Shown here one piece after another: positions 1 through 11,568 of a DNA stretch of 64,000 nt (its first letter is position 1; each line of letters begins with the position of its first letter). The DNA is from an uncultured Solirubrobacteraceae bacterium (GTDB taxonomy: Bacteria > Actinomycetota > Thermoleophilia > Solirubrobacterales > Solirubrobacteraceae). The notes under the pieces were generated by a model. It saw only the letters and a program-made list of their open reading frames with translations, made no database searches and was not told the DNA's origin. The translations under genes were made by a program, and so were the position numbers. The stretch covers positions 23,158 to 87,157 of the forward strand of contig CAWGER010000004.1 in NCBI GenBank assembly GCA_963821655.1, written 5' to 3'.

Positions 1-853
1 CCGTCAACGCCGTGTACATCACCGTGCGACCGGCGGTCTGCAGGGTGCGCGCGATCGCCGCGCGCGTGTCCGCGCCGGCTGCCAGCTCCTCGCGGTAGCG
101 CGACAGGACGATCAGGCTGTAGTCGATCCCCAGGCCGAGCCCCATCCCGGTGACGAGGTTGACCGCGAAGATCGACACCCCCGCGAACTGATCGATCAGG
201 CGCAGCAGCAGGAACGTGATCACGATCGCGAAGCCGCCGATGAGCAGCGGCAGCATGGCGGCGACCACCCCGCGGAAGACCCAGAAGGAGAGCAGCAAAA
301 GGATCGGCAGCGCGAACATCTCGGCGCGCCGCAGATCAGAGGTCGTGCGCTTGTTGATTTCCTGGAAGGCGACATCGTTGCCGCCGAAGCGCACGCCGGC
401 GCCTGGGAGCTGCGCACGAGCGCGGTCGACCGCGCGGCGGGAGCGTTCGCGACTGGCGAACGCCGCCAGCACCAGCGTCTGGCGACCGTCGCGCGAGACG
501 AGCACCGGCAGGTGCGTGGCGGGGTAGTCGAGCACGCGCTGAAAGCCCGGCTGGGCCGACAGCACCGAGGCCACCCGCGCCGTCAGCGCGAGCGCGGCCG
601 GATTTGCGCGAACGTCACCCGCGCTCGGCACGAGCGCCGCCACGCCATAGGAGGCGGACTGCCCCGTCGCCCGTTCGATCGCTCGCAGAACCTGCTGGTT
701 CTGGGCATGCGGGTCCTGAAAATCGGAGGATTCGGTCTTCAGGATCGTCGTGACCGGGCCCCCGACGGCGGCCGCGAGCAGGAACACGAGGCCCGCGATC
801 ACCAGGACGAGGCGAGCACGGCTGCTCGCAAGCTCAGACAGCCACCCGATCAC
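1..853 (-). CDS. MMPL/RND family transporter (3' end runs off the window)
   Basis: Manual translation from GTG 853 gives MIGWLSELASSRARLVLVIAGLVFLLAAAVGGP...GLGLGIDYSLIVLSRYREEL...AIARTLQTAGRTVMYTALT. GIDYSL..SRYREEL and AGRTV are MMPL motifs. Not in the ORF track because it is open at the edge. Confidence 0.85.
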   Translation of the reverse strand, partial: MIGWLSELASSRARLVLVIAGLVFLLAAAVGGPVTTILKTESSDFQDPHAQNQQVLRAIERATGQSASYGVAALVPSAGDVRANPAALALTARVASVLSAQPGFQRVLDYPATHLPVLVSRDGRQTLVLAAFASRERSRRAVDRARAQLPGAGVRFGGNDVAFQEINKRTTSDLRRAEMFALPILLLLSFWVFRGVVAAMLPLLIGGFAIVITFLLLRLIDQFAGVSIFAVNLVTGMGLGLGIDYSLIVLSRYREELAAGADTRAAIARTLQTAGRTVMYTALT

Positions 854-899
854 GGTGATCGCACTTCCCTGCGGGTGCTCAGCCGGCTCACGACCCGAT

Positions 900-941
900 A
901 TTATGAGTGACTGCTAAGTAATTGGTGTGAGGCTCATCACA
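900..941 (-). promoter_or_regulatory. AT-rich promoter of the MMPL gene: -10 CATAAT (905-900), imperfect palindrome (901-921) and CRP-type site TGTGA-N6-TCACA (926-941)
   Basis: Sequence attatgagtgactgctaagtaattggTGTGAggctcaTCACA; perfect CRP consensus. Confidence 0.6.
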
Positions 942-1346
942 CTTCGGATTCGCGCCACACCTCGACCGAGACCTCATCCACGGTCAGGGCGATCGGGGGC
1001 TCGGGCTTGCTCGCCTTCACCCACACCCCCTCCAGCTCGTAGTCGGCCAGCAGGCGGTCCGCGATCGTGCTGCACAGCCGCTCGAGCGTGTTGTGAGAGC
1101 GCTGCTGGGCGACCAGCGCCACCAGCTGGCACACCTCCGCGTAGTCGACCGTGTCCTCGATCGAGTCCGTCACGGTGGCGTCCGTCTCCCCCACGTCCAG
1201 GCGCAGGTCCAGCACGAGGCGCTGACCCACCTCGCGCTCGGCCTCGCTCACCCCGTGATGGGTGTACAGCGACAGGCCGGTGATCTCGACGGTGACCGAC
1301 TCGACGGTCTCCTCGCGGTCATCCTCGGCATCCTGCCCATCGCCGT

Positions 1347-2301
<955 letters not shown>

Positions 2302-4281
2302 TCAGGCCAGCTCGGGGCGCTCGGGGTCTGTGCCCCTCAGCTCGGCGGTGCCGCCGGCCAGGCCCGGCCGCGGGATCGTCCGCGGCGCTTCGCGCTCGGC
2401 GCGGTCGGCGGGCGCGGTCGGTGCCGGCAGCTCGGGGCCGATGTCGGGCTTCTCCTCGACGCCGAACACCTCCTCCTCTGACTTGCCGGCCAGCAGCGCC
2501 AGGAACTCCTCCTTCTCGATCGTCTCGCGCTTGACGAGGATCTCGGAGATCTTCGTCAGGTCATGCTGGTGCTCGGTGAGGATGTCCCGCGCGCGCTGGT
2601 GGGCGGACTCGATGATGCGGCGCACCTCATCGTCGATCTCGCGGGCGATCTCGTCGGAGTAGTCGGGCTCGGTGGAGAACTCCCGGCCGAGGAACGGCTG
2701 GCCGTGATCGTGGCCGAACACGCGCGGGCCGAGCTTGTCGCTCATGCCGAAGCGCATCACCATCTGCTTGGCGGTGGCGGTCACCTTCTCGATGTCGTTG
2801 GAGGCACCGGTGGTGATCTCACTGAACACGAGTTCCTCGGCCGCGCGTCCGCCGAGGGTCATCGCCATCGTGTCTTTCAGCTCCGCGCGCGTGGTCAGGA
2901 AGCGGTCCTCCTGGGGCATGGAGATCGTGTAGCCGAGCGCCTGGCCGCGGGAGATCACCGAGATCTTGTGCACCGGGTCGGAGTGCTCGAGGAAGTGGCC
3001 GACGAGCGCGTGGCCCATCTCGTGGTAGGCCGTGATCAGCCGCTCCTTCTCGCTCATCACGCGCGTCTTCTTCTCGGGGCCGGCGATCACCCGCATGATC
3101 CCCTCCTCGAGCTCTTCCTGGCCGATCTCGCGCTTGCCCGTGCGCGCCGAGAGCAGCGCCGCCTCGTTGATCAGGTTCGACAGGTCCGCGCCCGTGAAGC
3201 CCGGGGTCTGACCGGCGAGCGCGTCGATGTCGATCACCTTCGCGAGCGGCTTGCCGCGCGTGTGCACCTCGAGGATCTTCGCCCGGCCCTTGCGGTCGGG
3301 CCGGTCGACGGCGATCTGGCGGTCGAAGCGCCCGGGGCGCAGGAGCGCCGGGTCGAGGATGTCGGGCCGGTTGGTGGCCGCGATCATGATGATGTTGTCC
3401 TTCGCCTCGAACCCGTCCATCTCGACGAGCAGCTGGTTGAGCGTCTGCTCGCGCTCGTCGTGGCCACCGCCCAGGCCGGCGCCGCGGTGGCGCCCGACGG
3501 CGTCGATCTCGTCCATGAAGATGATGCACGGGCTGTTCTGCTTGGCCTGCTCGAACAGGTCACGCACGCGCGAGGCGCCGACGCCCACGAACATCTCGAC
3601 GAAGTCCGAGCCGGAGATCGAGAAGAACGGCACGCCCGCCTCGCCGGCGACGGCGCGCGCGAGGAGCGTCTTGCCGGTGCCGGGCGGCCCATACAGCAGC
3701 ACACCTGTGGGGATCCTCGCCCCGAGCGCCTGGAACTTCTTGGGGTTCTCGAGGAATTCCTTGATCTCGTGGAGCTCCTCCACGGCCTCGTCCACGCCTG
3801 CCACGTCGCGGAAGGTGATCTTCGGCGAGTCGGCCGACATGCGCTTGGCGCGCGACTTGCCGAACGACATCACTTTCGAGCCCCCGCCCTGGACCTGGTT
3901 CATCAGGAAGATCCAGAAGCCCAGGAAGATCACGAACGGGAGGATGTACGTCAGCAGGCTGAGCAGCGCGCTGCTCTTTTCCGATTCGACGTTGAAGGGG
4001 ACGCCGTATGTCCTCAGCTCCTTGAACAGTTCGGGCGTGGTCTGCTCGGTGTAGCCGACTTCGTAGTTTTCTTTGTTCTTCAGCTTGACTTCGAGGGCTT
4101 TGCCCTTGTTCTTGAGGGCGAGCGACTTGACTTCGCCCTGGGGGATCTCTTTGCCGGTCAGCGTCTGGTAGCTGTGCGAGCGGTGGGTGGTCGCGCCCGG
4201 GTTGACCAGTTTGACGGCAAGAAACGCCAGCACCACGACGATGAGGATCGGGAACGCGGCGCTCTTGAAGAAACGACTCAT
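2302..4281 (-). CDS. ftsH: ATP-dependent zinc metalloprotease FtsH
   Basis: Two TM helices, GPPGTGKT Walker A, second region of homology, HEMGH zinc motif. Confidence 0.98.
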   Translation of the reverse strand: MSRFFKSAAFPILIVVVLAFLAVKLVNPGATTHRSHSYQTLTGKEIPQGEVKSLALKNKGKALEVKLKNKENYEVGYTEQTTPELFKELRTYGVPFNVESEKSSALLSLLTYILPFVIFLGFWIFLMNQVQGGGSKVMSFGKSRAKRMSADSPKITFRDVAGVDEAVEELHEIKEFLENPKKFQALGARIPTGVLLYGPPGTGKTLLARAVAGEAGVPFFSISGSDFVEMFVGVGASRVRDLFEQAKQNSPCIIFMDEIDAVGRHRGAGLGGGHDEREQTLNQLLVEMDGFEAKDNIIMIAATNRPDILDPALLRPGRFDRQIAVDRPDRKGRAKILEVHTRGKPLAKVIDIDALAGQTPGFTGADLSNLINEAALLSARTGKREIGQEELEEGIMRVIAGPEKKTRVMSEKERLITAYHEMGHALVGHFLEHSDPVHKISVISRGQALGYTISMPQEDRFLTTRAELKDTMAMTLGGRAAEELVFSEITTGASNDIEKVTATAKQMVMRFGMSDKLGPRVFGHDHGQPFLGREFSTEPDYSDEIAREIDDEVRRIIESAHQRARDILTEHQHDLTKISEILVKRETIEKEEFLALLAGKSEEEVFGVEEKPDIGPELPAPTAPADRAEREAPRTIPRPGLAGGTAELRGTDPERPELA

Positions 4282-4403
4282 AGCGAGATCCTGGGGCTCG
4301 TGGCACCCTCTGAGGTAATGGCCACCAGGCCCCTAGCGTACCATGGCAGTTTGGGGTTTACGACCCCTGGCGGGCCGCGTGCGGGGGCGGTATGCCCCCT
4401 CTT

Positions 4404-4952
4404 CTACCTCTCCAGCACCGCCACGAATGGAAGGTTGCGGTAGCGCTCGGCGTAGTCGAGTCCGTACCCGACCACGAAGCGATCGGGGATCTCGAAGCCC
4501 ACGTAGCGGGTGGGCAGGTCCACCTTGCGCCGCTCGGGCTTGGTCAACAGGGCGCACACCTCGAGCGTCCGCGGATTGCGCGAGCCGAGGTTGCGCATGA
4601 GGTACTGAAGCGTCAGCCCGGAATCGACGATGTCCTCGACGATCAGCACGTCGCGGCCTTCGATCGCGATGTCCAGATCCTTGAGGATCCGCACCACGCC
4701 GGAGGAATCCGTGGCCGAGCCGTAGGAGGCCACCGCCATGAAGTCGACCTCGACGGGGATGTCGATGAAGCGCATCAGGTCTGACAGGAAGAACACCGCG
4801 CCCTTCAGCACCCCCACCAGCAGCAGCGAGCGCCCCGCGTAGTCACGGGAGATCTCCGCGCCCAGCTCGACGACCCGGCGCTGCAGATCCTCGGCGGCGA
4901 CGAGCACCTCTCCGACTACGGGCTCGGCTGCGACGCGCGCGGGGGTGGCCAC
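4404..4952 (-). CDS. hpt: Hypoxanthine phosphoribosyltransferase
   Basis: VLIVEDIVDSGLTL PRPP-binding motif, FVVGYGLDY; tilS-hpt-ftsH synteny. Confidence 0.97.
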   Translation of the reverse strand: MATPARVAAEPVVGEVLVAAEDLQRRVVELGAEISRDYAGRSLLLVGVLKGAVFFLSDLMRFIDIPVEVDFMAVASYGSATDSSGVVRILKDLDIAIEGRDVLIVEDIVDSGLTLQYLMRNLGSRNPRTLEVCALLTKPERRKVDLPTRYVGFEIPDRFVVGYGLDYAERYRNLPFVAVLER

Positions 4953-4962
4953 GTCCGGGAGT

Positions 4963-5932
4963 CTAGTCCGCGCGCGGCGGGAGCTTCGTCATCGCAAGGA
5001 CGCCGTGCTCGATCACCGCGCCGGCCTGACCCCCCACGTGGAGCTCCGCCCTGCCGCCGCGGCGGCCGAGGGCGATGATCTCGTCCACGCGATCGCCCGC
5101 CTGGGGAACGTAGGCGCCCGTGGCATCCTCGGCCAGGCGCACCACCACCAGACGCGCCAGCGCGGCCGGCATTCGCTTCAAGGCGCGCGATCGCGATGCT
5201 CTCACGCCCGGCCAGCGCGTCCGACACCAGCCCGTCCAGGAGCTCGGTCTCCTCGCGCAGCAGCGCGGCGGTGCGCAGCACGTTGGCCTCGGCCGCCGGA
5301 TGCACCGCCCGCAGCGCCCCCACCAGCCCGTGGCGCACGCGCGTACGGGCATACTGCTCCGAGTCGTTGCTCTCGTCCTCGCGCCACTCCAGTCCGCGCG
5401 CTTCGCAGTAGGCGGCCGTCTGCTCGCGGGTCACCGCCAGCAGCGGGCGAATCAGCCGGCCCTCGCTGGCCGCCATTCCCAGCAGCGCCCGCCTTCCCGG
5501 CGAGGCGGCCAGCCTGTAGAGGATCGTCTCCACCTGGTCGCTCGCCGTGTGCCCGGTCGCGATCAGCGCGTCCCTGCCGGCAGCCATGCGCGACGCCGCG
5601 CGGTAGCGCACCTCGCGCGCCCATGCCTGCAGGTTGCCCTGCGACCCCGCCGGGTCGTCGTCCAGGAGCGGGCGGCGGCGCTCATGCACGACCTCGAGCC
5701 CCACGCCGAGCCGTTCGCACAGCGCGGCGCAGTGGCGCTCGTCACCGTCGGCCTGCGCGCGCAGGCCGTAGTTGACGTGCAGTGCGCTCACGTCGCCCGG
5801 CTCGCACAGGGCGACCGCCACGTCGAGCAGGCAAACGGAGTCCCGTCCGCCGGAGATCATCGCGACGACCGGACGGTCCTGGGCCAGAAGGCCTCCGGCC
5901 CGGACCGCCTCGCGCACCTCCTCGCCGCTCAT
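4963..5932 (-). CDS. tilS: tRNA(Ile)-lysidine synthetase (frameshift near 5180)
   Basis: SGGRDS PP-loop, HVNYGLR, TGHTASDQVET, LIRPLL, DESN. The C-terminus continues in the frame of ORF 4963-5352. Confidence 0.92.
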
Positions 5933-5939
5933 CGTGCGC

Positions 5940-7169
5940 CTACCGTTTGCGGGCCGAGGCGATGAACAGCTCGGTGGGCTCTGAGAAGCCCTTCAGGCCC
6001 ACCTCGCCGATGCGGTCGAAGTGCAGTCCGTTCACCGTGGACGCCACGTCCACGACGGGCCTGGTCACGAGCACCTCGCCGCCCGCCGCGCGCGCGACCA
6101 CCCGGGCGGCCTGGTTGACGTCGCGCCCGTAGTAGTCGCCGTCCCGGTACAGCGCCTGCCCGTAGTGGATGCCGATCCGCGGCGGCGGCTCGCCGCCGGC
6201 GATCCCCGACTGCAGGTCCACCGCCCACCCCGTCAGCGCGGCCGGATCGGAGCCGACCACCATCACCTCGTCGCCCAGCGTCTTGATCACCCGGGAGTCC
6301 AGCGGCAGCGACTGCTCGACCGCCTCGACGAACCGCTCGACCGTCCCCACCGCCTCCGCGTCGCCCCGCTCGACGGTCAGGCGCGCGTATCCGGCGAGGT
6401 CGGCGAACGCGATCGCCACCCGCAGGCGCCCGGCCTCCGCCGTGCTCGCCGCGAGATCGGACTGGTCGGCCTCCATGTGGCCGACCACGTCCTGCTCGAC
6501 GAAGTGCGCGAGAAAGCGCCCGTGCAGGTAGGTCATGAGCGGCGCCGCAAACGGCAGCACCTCGCGCGTGAGGCCCTCCATCTCCTCCGCGATCTCGACG
6601 CCCGGCACGCCCTCGCGCATGAGCGGCTCATGCACGTACAGGTGGAACAGGCGCACCTCGGCGTCGGCGATCTGGGCGAGCGCCTGCCCGTAGACGCGCA
6701 GGAGCTGCAGGTAGGCCCCCGGGGGGAAACCGGTGGCGAGCATCGCGGCGGCGTACCTCATGATCTCGAGGTCTTCGTCGGAGACCGAGTCCAGCGACAG
6801 CGCGCTCAGCCCCATCGTCGTGTACATCCGCTCGATCAGCTCCGGCTTCAGCCCGACCTCGTGCGCGGCTTCCTCGAGCGTGTAGCGGCCCTCGGAACCG
6901 CTCAGAAGGTTCTCGATCGGCCCGATCGCGAGCTGGCCCTTGTCGCTGGCCTGCTTGATCTCCTCGAGCGTGTGCCCGCGCGCGCGCAGCCGTGCCACGA
7001 CCCGCACGTAGGCGACGGCCGCCGGCGTCCAGCTGCCCTCATACCCGGGCACGAGGCCCTTCTGCACCCACCGCCTCACCGTCGCCGGCGACACGCCCAC
7101 GCGCGCCGCCACCTGCGCGAGCGTCAGCTCGCCCCCCTTCGCGACCGGATCATCTCCGGGCTTGGCCAC
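5940..7169 (-). CDS. Class III adenylate cyclase with N-terminal MerR-like HTH domain(s)
   Basis: LTLAQVAARVGVSPATVRRWVQKGLV HTH and a second YTLEEAAHEVG repeat; catalytic FADLAGY, KTLGDEVM, DYYGRDVNQAAR. Confidence 0.88.
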   Translation of the reverse strand: MAKPGDDPVAKGGELTLAQVAARVGVSPATVRRWVQKGLVPGYEGSWTPAAVAYVRVVARLRARGHTLEEIKQASDKGQLAIGPIENLLSGSEGRYTLEEAAHEVGLKPELIERMYTTMGLSALSLDSVSDEDLEIMRYAAAMLATGFPPGAYLQLLRVYGQALAQIADAEVRLFHLYVHEPLMREGVPGVEIAEEMEGLTREVLPFAAPLMTYLHGRFLAHFVEQDVVGHMEADQSDLAASTAEAGRLRVAIAFADLAGYARLTVERGDAEAVGTVERFVEAVEQSLPLDSRVIKTLGDEVMVVGSDPAALTGWAVDLQSGIAGGEPPPRIGIHYGQALYRDGDYYGRDVNQAARVVARAAGGEVLVTRPVVDVASTVNGLHFDRIGEVGLKGFSEPTELFIASARKR

Positions 7170-7227
7170 TCAGGCGCGCGGGGAGAAGGAGGGCTTTCCC
7201 ATACACCGCAGTCTAAAGTCGCAGCCG

Positions 7228-7921
7228 GTGTCGCACAGCGCCCCCCTGCACCTGCGTCCCACCGCGGCCCTGGCCGAGCGCGTGCTGCTGCCCGGCGACC
7301 CCGGGCGCGCCCTCGCGCTCGCCCAGTCGCTGCTCGTGGATCCGCTCATGTTCAACCACCACCGCGGCCTCTGGGGCTACACGGGAGCCGCGCCCGACGG
7401 CGAGCCGCTGACGATCCAGGCGACCGGCATGGGCGGTCCCTCGGCGGCCATCATCCTCACCGAGCTGATCGACCTGGGCGTCACCCGTGCGATCCGGGTG
7501 GGCACCTGCGGCGCGCTCGCTGCCGGTCTCGAGCTGGGTGCGCTCGTCGATCGCGCGCGACTCGATCTGCGCCGACGGCACCTCCCGCGCCCTCGGCGCC
7601 GGCGGGCGCGCGGCCGCGGACCCCGGGCTCACCGAGACGCTCATCGCCAACGCGCCCGCGGCGCGTGTGGGCACGATCGTGAGCGTCGACCTCTTCTATG
7701 AGACGGGCCGCGAACGCTCCGCCCACGAGGCGCTGGCGGTGGAGATGGAGGCCGCGGCTCTGTTCGCGGTGGGAGCGGCAGCGCAGGTGCCTGTCGCCTG
7801 CGTCCTCGCGGTGTCCGACACGTTCGACTCAAGCGGCGCCCGCCGGCGGATCGACGACGACTCGCTGCTCACAGCCGCCGAGGCGATGGGCGCTGCCGCG
7901 GTTGCCGCCCTCGCAGCGTGA
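7228..7921 (+). CDS. deoD: Purine nucleoside phosphorylase, DeoD-type (frameshift near 7555)
   Basis: VLLPGDPGRA, TGMGGPSAAI, IRVGTCGA, then in the second frame SVDLFY, VEMEAAAL, VSD. Confidence 0.8.
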
Positions 7922-7945
7922 ACGGCCGCGCCTTCGCGGGCCTGC

Positions 7946-8452
7946 TCAGTGCTTCTTCGCTTTCGCCTTGCCGGTTGATTTGCGCCCGTTCGCCTTCGCC
8001 GCGGATTTACGGCCGCTAGCCTTCGCGGTGGATCTGGATGGGCGAGCCTTCGTGTCCTCGGCGGTCCGAGGCTTTCCCAGCTCACCGCTCAGCCTCTTGG
8101 TCAGCTCGTCGAGCTGATCCTCGATCGCCGACAGGCGCGCGTCGACGGCATTGGGAGTGAGCGCGCGGTCCAGGCGGTGGACGCCGTCCTCGATGCCCTC
8201 GAGGCGGTGTGAGACGGCGCGCAGCCGCCGCGTCAGCCGTTCGATGTCGGCTGCCGAGGGGATGTTCAGGGCCCCCATCGCCACCTCCTGCGCCTGTTCC
8301 GCCTTCTCGCGCGCGTCGAACGCCCGGCCGATGGCCCCGGTGAGCACGGGGTTTTCGAGCAGCTCCGAGAGCGCCCGGCCCAGCCGTCCCTCCTCTGTCG
8401 TGCTGCCAAATCGCTCGCGCAGGTTCCTTGCGACGTTGCTCGCGTCGGACAT
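7946..8452 (-). CDS. Phasin/PhaF-like coiled-coil protein with K/A-rich tail
   Basis: LNIPSAADIERLTRRL segment, coiled coil, tail AKASGRKSAAKANGRKSTGKAKAKKH; RBS caggag before ATG 8452. Confidence 0.55.
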   Translation of the reverse strand: MSDASNVARNLRERFGSTTEEGRLGRALSELLENPVLTGAIGRAFDAREKAEQAQEVAMGALNIPSAADIERLTRRLRAVSHRLEGIEDGVHRLDRALTPNAVDARLSAIEDQLDELTKRLSGELGKPRTAEDTKARPSRSTAKASGRKSAAKANGRKSTGKAKAKKH

Positions 8453-8544
8453 CCTCTGCTCCTGGTGGTCGTTCTCGGACGAGCCCTGCCGGGCCCCGGG
8501 CCGGGCCTCTGCCGACAGCCCGAGAGGAAGGATACGGTGCAGCA

Positions 8545-9468
8545 ATGCCCGAGCAGCTGTTCCTGTTCATCCAGATGGAGTTCCCCTGGGCGCTCGGACC
8601 TCCCGACGGGCGCTATCTGGTGCGCGGGCGGGCGGGCGCGGAGCCCGAGCACGTGATCGTGCTGGGCACGCTCGGTGCCCGCCGATCTTCTGAGCTGCGG
8701 CGTGGCTCCGCTCCGCGCGCGGGCCTTTTCGCGCGGCGCTCCTCACGCCGGGCGCGCGCGAAGGCCACGCCCGACCCCGCCACGGTGGCCACGGCGCGCG
8801 CGACCATCGTCGACCCGGTCTCCGTCTCGGCTGAGCGCCAGGCCCGCGCGTGGCTCGACGACCTCGACTCGAACCGCGATGCGGCCGCGGCCGCGGCCGT
8901 GCTCAATCGCCTGCTGCACACCCATCGGATCGCCACGGCCGATCCCTACCTCCACGAGATCTCGCCCGCGCAGGCACTCGTGATCAGGGCCGGCTGGGGA
9001 GAGGGCGAGCAGGTGGCCTACGGACGCTGGCTGCACGCGCGCGAGCTGCGCTTCACGGGGATCCCCGGCGCCGGCGCCGGCAGGCGGCGGCGCCTGGGCG
9101 CGGGTCGCGCGGCGGCACTGCGTCCCGAAGAGCGGCTGGCCGAGCTGCTCGCCGGGCGGGGCTCACCGCTCCTGTGCGAGGACCTGACGCTGCGCGCACG
9201 CCTGGATCTCGACCAGGGACGCCTCTCGCATGCCGCCGTCGAGCTGGATCGCGCCTATACCGCGGCGCTGCCCGAGCTGCTCGGCGAGGGCCGGCAGGAC
9301 CTCACCCTTCGCATCGCCGAGCTCGAGCAGCTGCGCCCCGGGGTCGCCGCGCAGGCGCGGGCCGCGATGCCCGACAGCGACGATGAGCCCGAGCAGGAGA
9401 TCATGCGCAACGCGCTCGAGCGTCTGGAAGCAGCGCTGCGCGCGCGCACCGCCGCCGGTCTAGGCTGA
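8545..9468 (+). CDS. Hypothetical protein
   Basis: Protein-like ORF MPEQLFLFIQMEFPWALGPPDGRY; -10 TACGGT 6 nt before the ATG. Confidence 0.7.
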   Translation: MPEQLFLFIQMEFPWALGPPDGRYLVRGRAGAEPEHVIVLGTLGARRSSELRRGSAPRAGLFARRSSRRARAKATPDPATVATARATIVDPVSVSAERQARAWLDDLDSNRDAAAAAAVLNRLLHTHRIATADPYLHEISPAQALVIRAGWGEGEQVAYGRWLHARELRFTGIPGAGAGRRRRLGAGRAAALRPEERLAELLAGRGSPLLCEDLTLRARLDLDQGRLSHAAVELDRAYTAALPELLGEGRQDLTLRIAELEQLRPGVAAQARAAMPDSDDEPEQEIMRNALERLEAALRARTAAGLG

Positions 9469-9474
9469 GGTGTA

Positions 9475-10647
9475 ATGGACCCCACATTGACGGCGATCGG
9501 AACCTGGAGCGGGGGGCGCTTCATGCACTTCGGCGAGCCGCTCTCCGACGAGCGCCTAACGGCACTGCTCGCACCGGGCGAGGGCATCGACACGGTGATC
9601 ACGGCCGACGTGTACGGCGCCGGCGAGGCCGATCGCCTGCTCGGCTCCGCGCTGGCGCCGCTGGACCGCGACAGCTACTGCCTGATCGGCGCGATCGGGC
9701 ACGACTTCTACACGGGCGAGCGTGACGGCGCCAAGGGCTTCCCCCGCTTCACCGACCCCGCGCTGCGCGGGCCGGGCGGATATGCCGACTACATCCGCAT
9801 GGCCACCCAGCGCAGCCTGGAGCGCTGCGGCGTCGAGCGCTTCGATCTGCTGCTGCTGCACAACCCGGATCACATCGGATACACGAGCGCGGCCGTGTGG
9901 GAGGGCATGGGGGCGGTGCGCGAGGCCGGGCTCACCCGGATGCTGGGGGTGGCGCCCGGTCCGGCCAACGGGTTCACGCTCGACTTGATCGACTGCCTCG
10001 AGCGCAACGCCCCGGACATCGACTGGGCGATGATCATCCTCAACCCGCTGGAGCCCTGGCCCGGGGAGCTCGTGCTCGACGCGGCCGTGAGCAACGACGT
10101 GAACGTGATCACCCGCGTGGTGGACTACGGGGGGCTGTTCCACGACGATGTCCTTCCGGGGCACGCCTTCGCCGAGCACGACCACCGCAGGTTCCGTCCC
10201 GACGGGTGGGTCACCGAGGGCCGCGAGCGGCTCGAGCGGATGCGTCCATACGCCGCGCGCCACGGCCTCACGATGCTCCAGCTCGCCTGCGCCTGGAACC
10301 TCGCCCATCCCGCCGTGCGCTGCGTCGTGCCCACCCTGATCCAGGAGAGCGGGCCCGGGGCGCGCCCGGTCGAGGACAAGCGCGCAGAGCTCGCCGCGCT
10401 CGCAGACGGGAGATCGGGCGCGCGGCGCGGCGTGCCCGCGCTGAGCGACGAGGAGGTGCGGGCGATCCGCGCCATCGGCGAGAACGCCGGCTGCATGGCG
10501 CTGAAGGGCGCGAGCCCCGAACACGAGGGTCCGCCGCGACCCGACCGCTGGGGGCTGGACGGCGAGCTGTCGGCCGTGGCCGAGCGCTGGGGCATCGACC
10601 CCGAGCGCGACCTGCGCAAGCACGCACTGTCAGCAGTCAAGCGATGA
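9475..10647 (+). CDS. Aldo/keto reductase family oxidoreductase
   Basis: TADVYGAGEAD, SLERCGVERFDLLLLHNPD, QLACAWNLAHPAV. Confidence 0.85.
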   Translation: MDPTLTAIGTWSGGRFMHFGEPLSDERLTALLAPGEGIDTVITADVYGAGEADRLLGSALAPLDRDSYCLIGAIGHDFYTGERDGAKGFPRFTDPALRGPGGYADYIRMATQRSLERCGVERFDLLLLHNPDHIGYTSAAVWEGMGAVREAGLTRMLGVAPGPANGFTLDLIDCLERNAPDIDWAMIILNPLEPWPGELVLDAAVSNDVNVITRVVDYGGLFHDDVLPGHAFAEHDHRRFRPDGWVTEGRERLERMRPYAARHGLTMLQLACAWNLAHPAVRCVVPTLIQESGPGARPVEDKRAELAALADGRSGARRGVPALSDEEVRAIRAIGENAGCMALKGASPEHEGPPRPDRWGLDGELSAVAERWGIDPERDLRKHALSAVKR

Positions 10648-10660
10648 GGAGGCAACAGCA

Positions 10661-11476
10661 ATGAGCATCGACGTCAGCGGGATCAAGGAGGGCCAGAAGA
10701 TGATGTGGTCGACCGGGGACTACCCCGCGATCGCCGGCATGATCGAGGGGGTCGCCGAGGTCCTGGTGGCGGAGGTGGGCGCCGCTCCGGGCCTCGAGAT
10801 GCTGGACGTGGCGACGGGAAGCGGGAACGTCGCGATCCCGGCGGCGCGGGCCGGGGCCAACGTCACGGGCCTCGATCTGACTCCCGAGCTGCTGGTCGTG
10901 GCGCGCGCTCGAGCCGCCGAGGCGGGGGTGGATGTGAACTTCATCGAGGGCGACGCCGAGGAGCTGCCGTTCGAGCGCGACTCCTTCGACATCGTGACCT
11001 CGTGCTTCGGCGTGATGTTCGCCCCCCGCCACGAGCAGGCCGCGGGCGAGCTGACGCGGGTCGCACGCCCGGGATCCAGGATCGGGATCGCCGCGTGGAC
11101 GCCCGAGGGACTGAACGGCAGGCTGTTCAAGACCGTCGGCTCCTACATGCCCCAGCCGCCGGCCGAGCTGAAGCCGCCGGTCATGTGGGGAACCGAGGAT
11201 CACGTTCGCTCGCTGTTCGCCGACAGCGGCGCCACGCTGTCGTTCGAGCGCCGCGCGGTGACCTTCTCCCACGACTCGCCCGAGAGCTGGGTCGACTTCA
11301 ACGAGCGCATCCTCGGACCGGCGATCCTCGCCAAGGCCGCGCTCGAGCCGCAGGGCCGCTACGACGAACTCCGCACGGAGCTCATCGGCCTCTACAGCGA
11401 CGCCAACGACGCGGTGGACGGCACGTTTCGAGCTGATGCCGAGTACCTGCTGACGATCGCCCGCATGCCTGCCTGA
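10661..11476 (+). CDS. Class I SAM-dependent methyltransferase
   Basis: LDVATGSGN motif I, GDAEELPF, FGVMFAP; RBS gaggagg. Confidence 0.9.
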   Translation: MSIDVSGIKEGQKMMWSTGDYPAIAGMIEGVAEVLVAEVGAAPGLEMLDVATGSGNVAIPAARAGANVTGLDLTPELLVVARARAAEAGVDVNFIEGDAEELPFERDSFDIVTSCFGVMFAPRHEQAAGELTRVARPGSRIGIAAWTPEGLNGRLFKTVGSYMPQPPAELKPPVMWGTEDHVRSLFADSGATLSFERRAVTFSHDSPESWVDFNERILGPAILAKAALEPQGRYDELRTELIGLYSDANDAVDGTFRADAEYLLTIARMPA

Positions 11477-11568
11477 GCAGCGCCGGGCGGTGGACAGCAG
11501 TCCCGGCGGAGGGGCGGGTTCGCAGGTGGCGAAGCCCACGGTCCGACAGGCCGAGGCGTGAACCAGAT

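Noticed and set aside
2563-4443. Long antisense ORFs, e.g. 2563-4443, 6021-7682, 18788-20608, 44456-45964, 48364-49947
   Set aside because: These are shadow ORFs of high-GC coding strands with no recognisable motifs.
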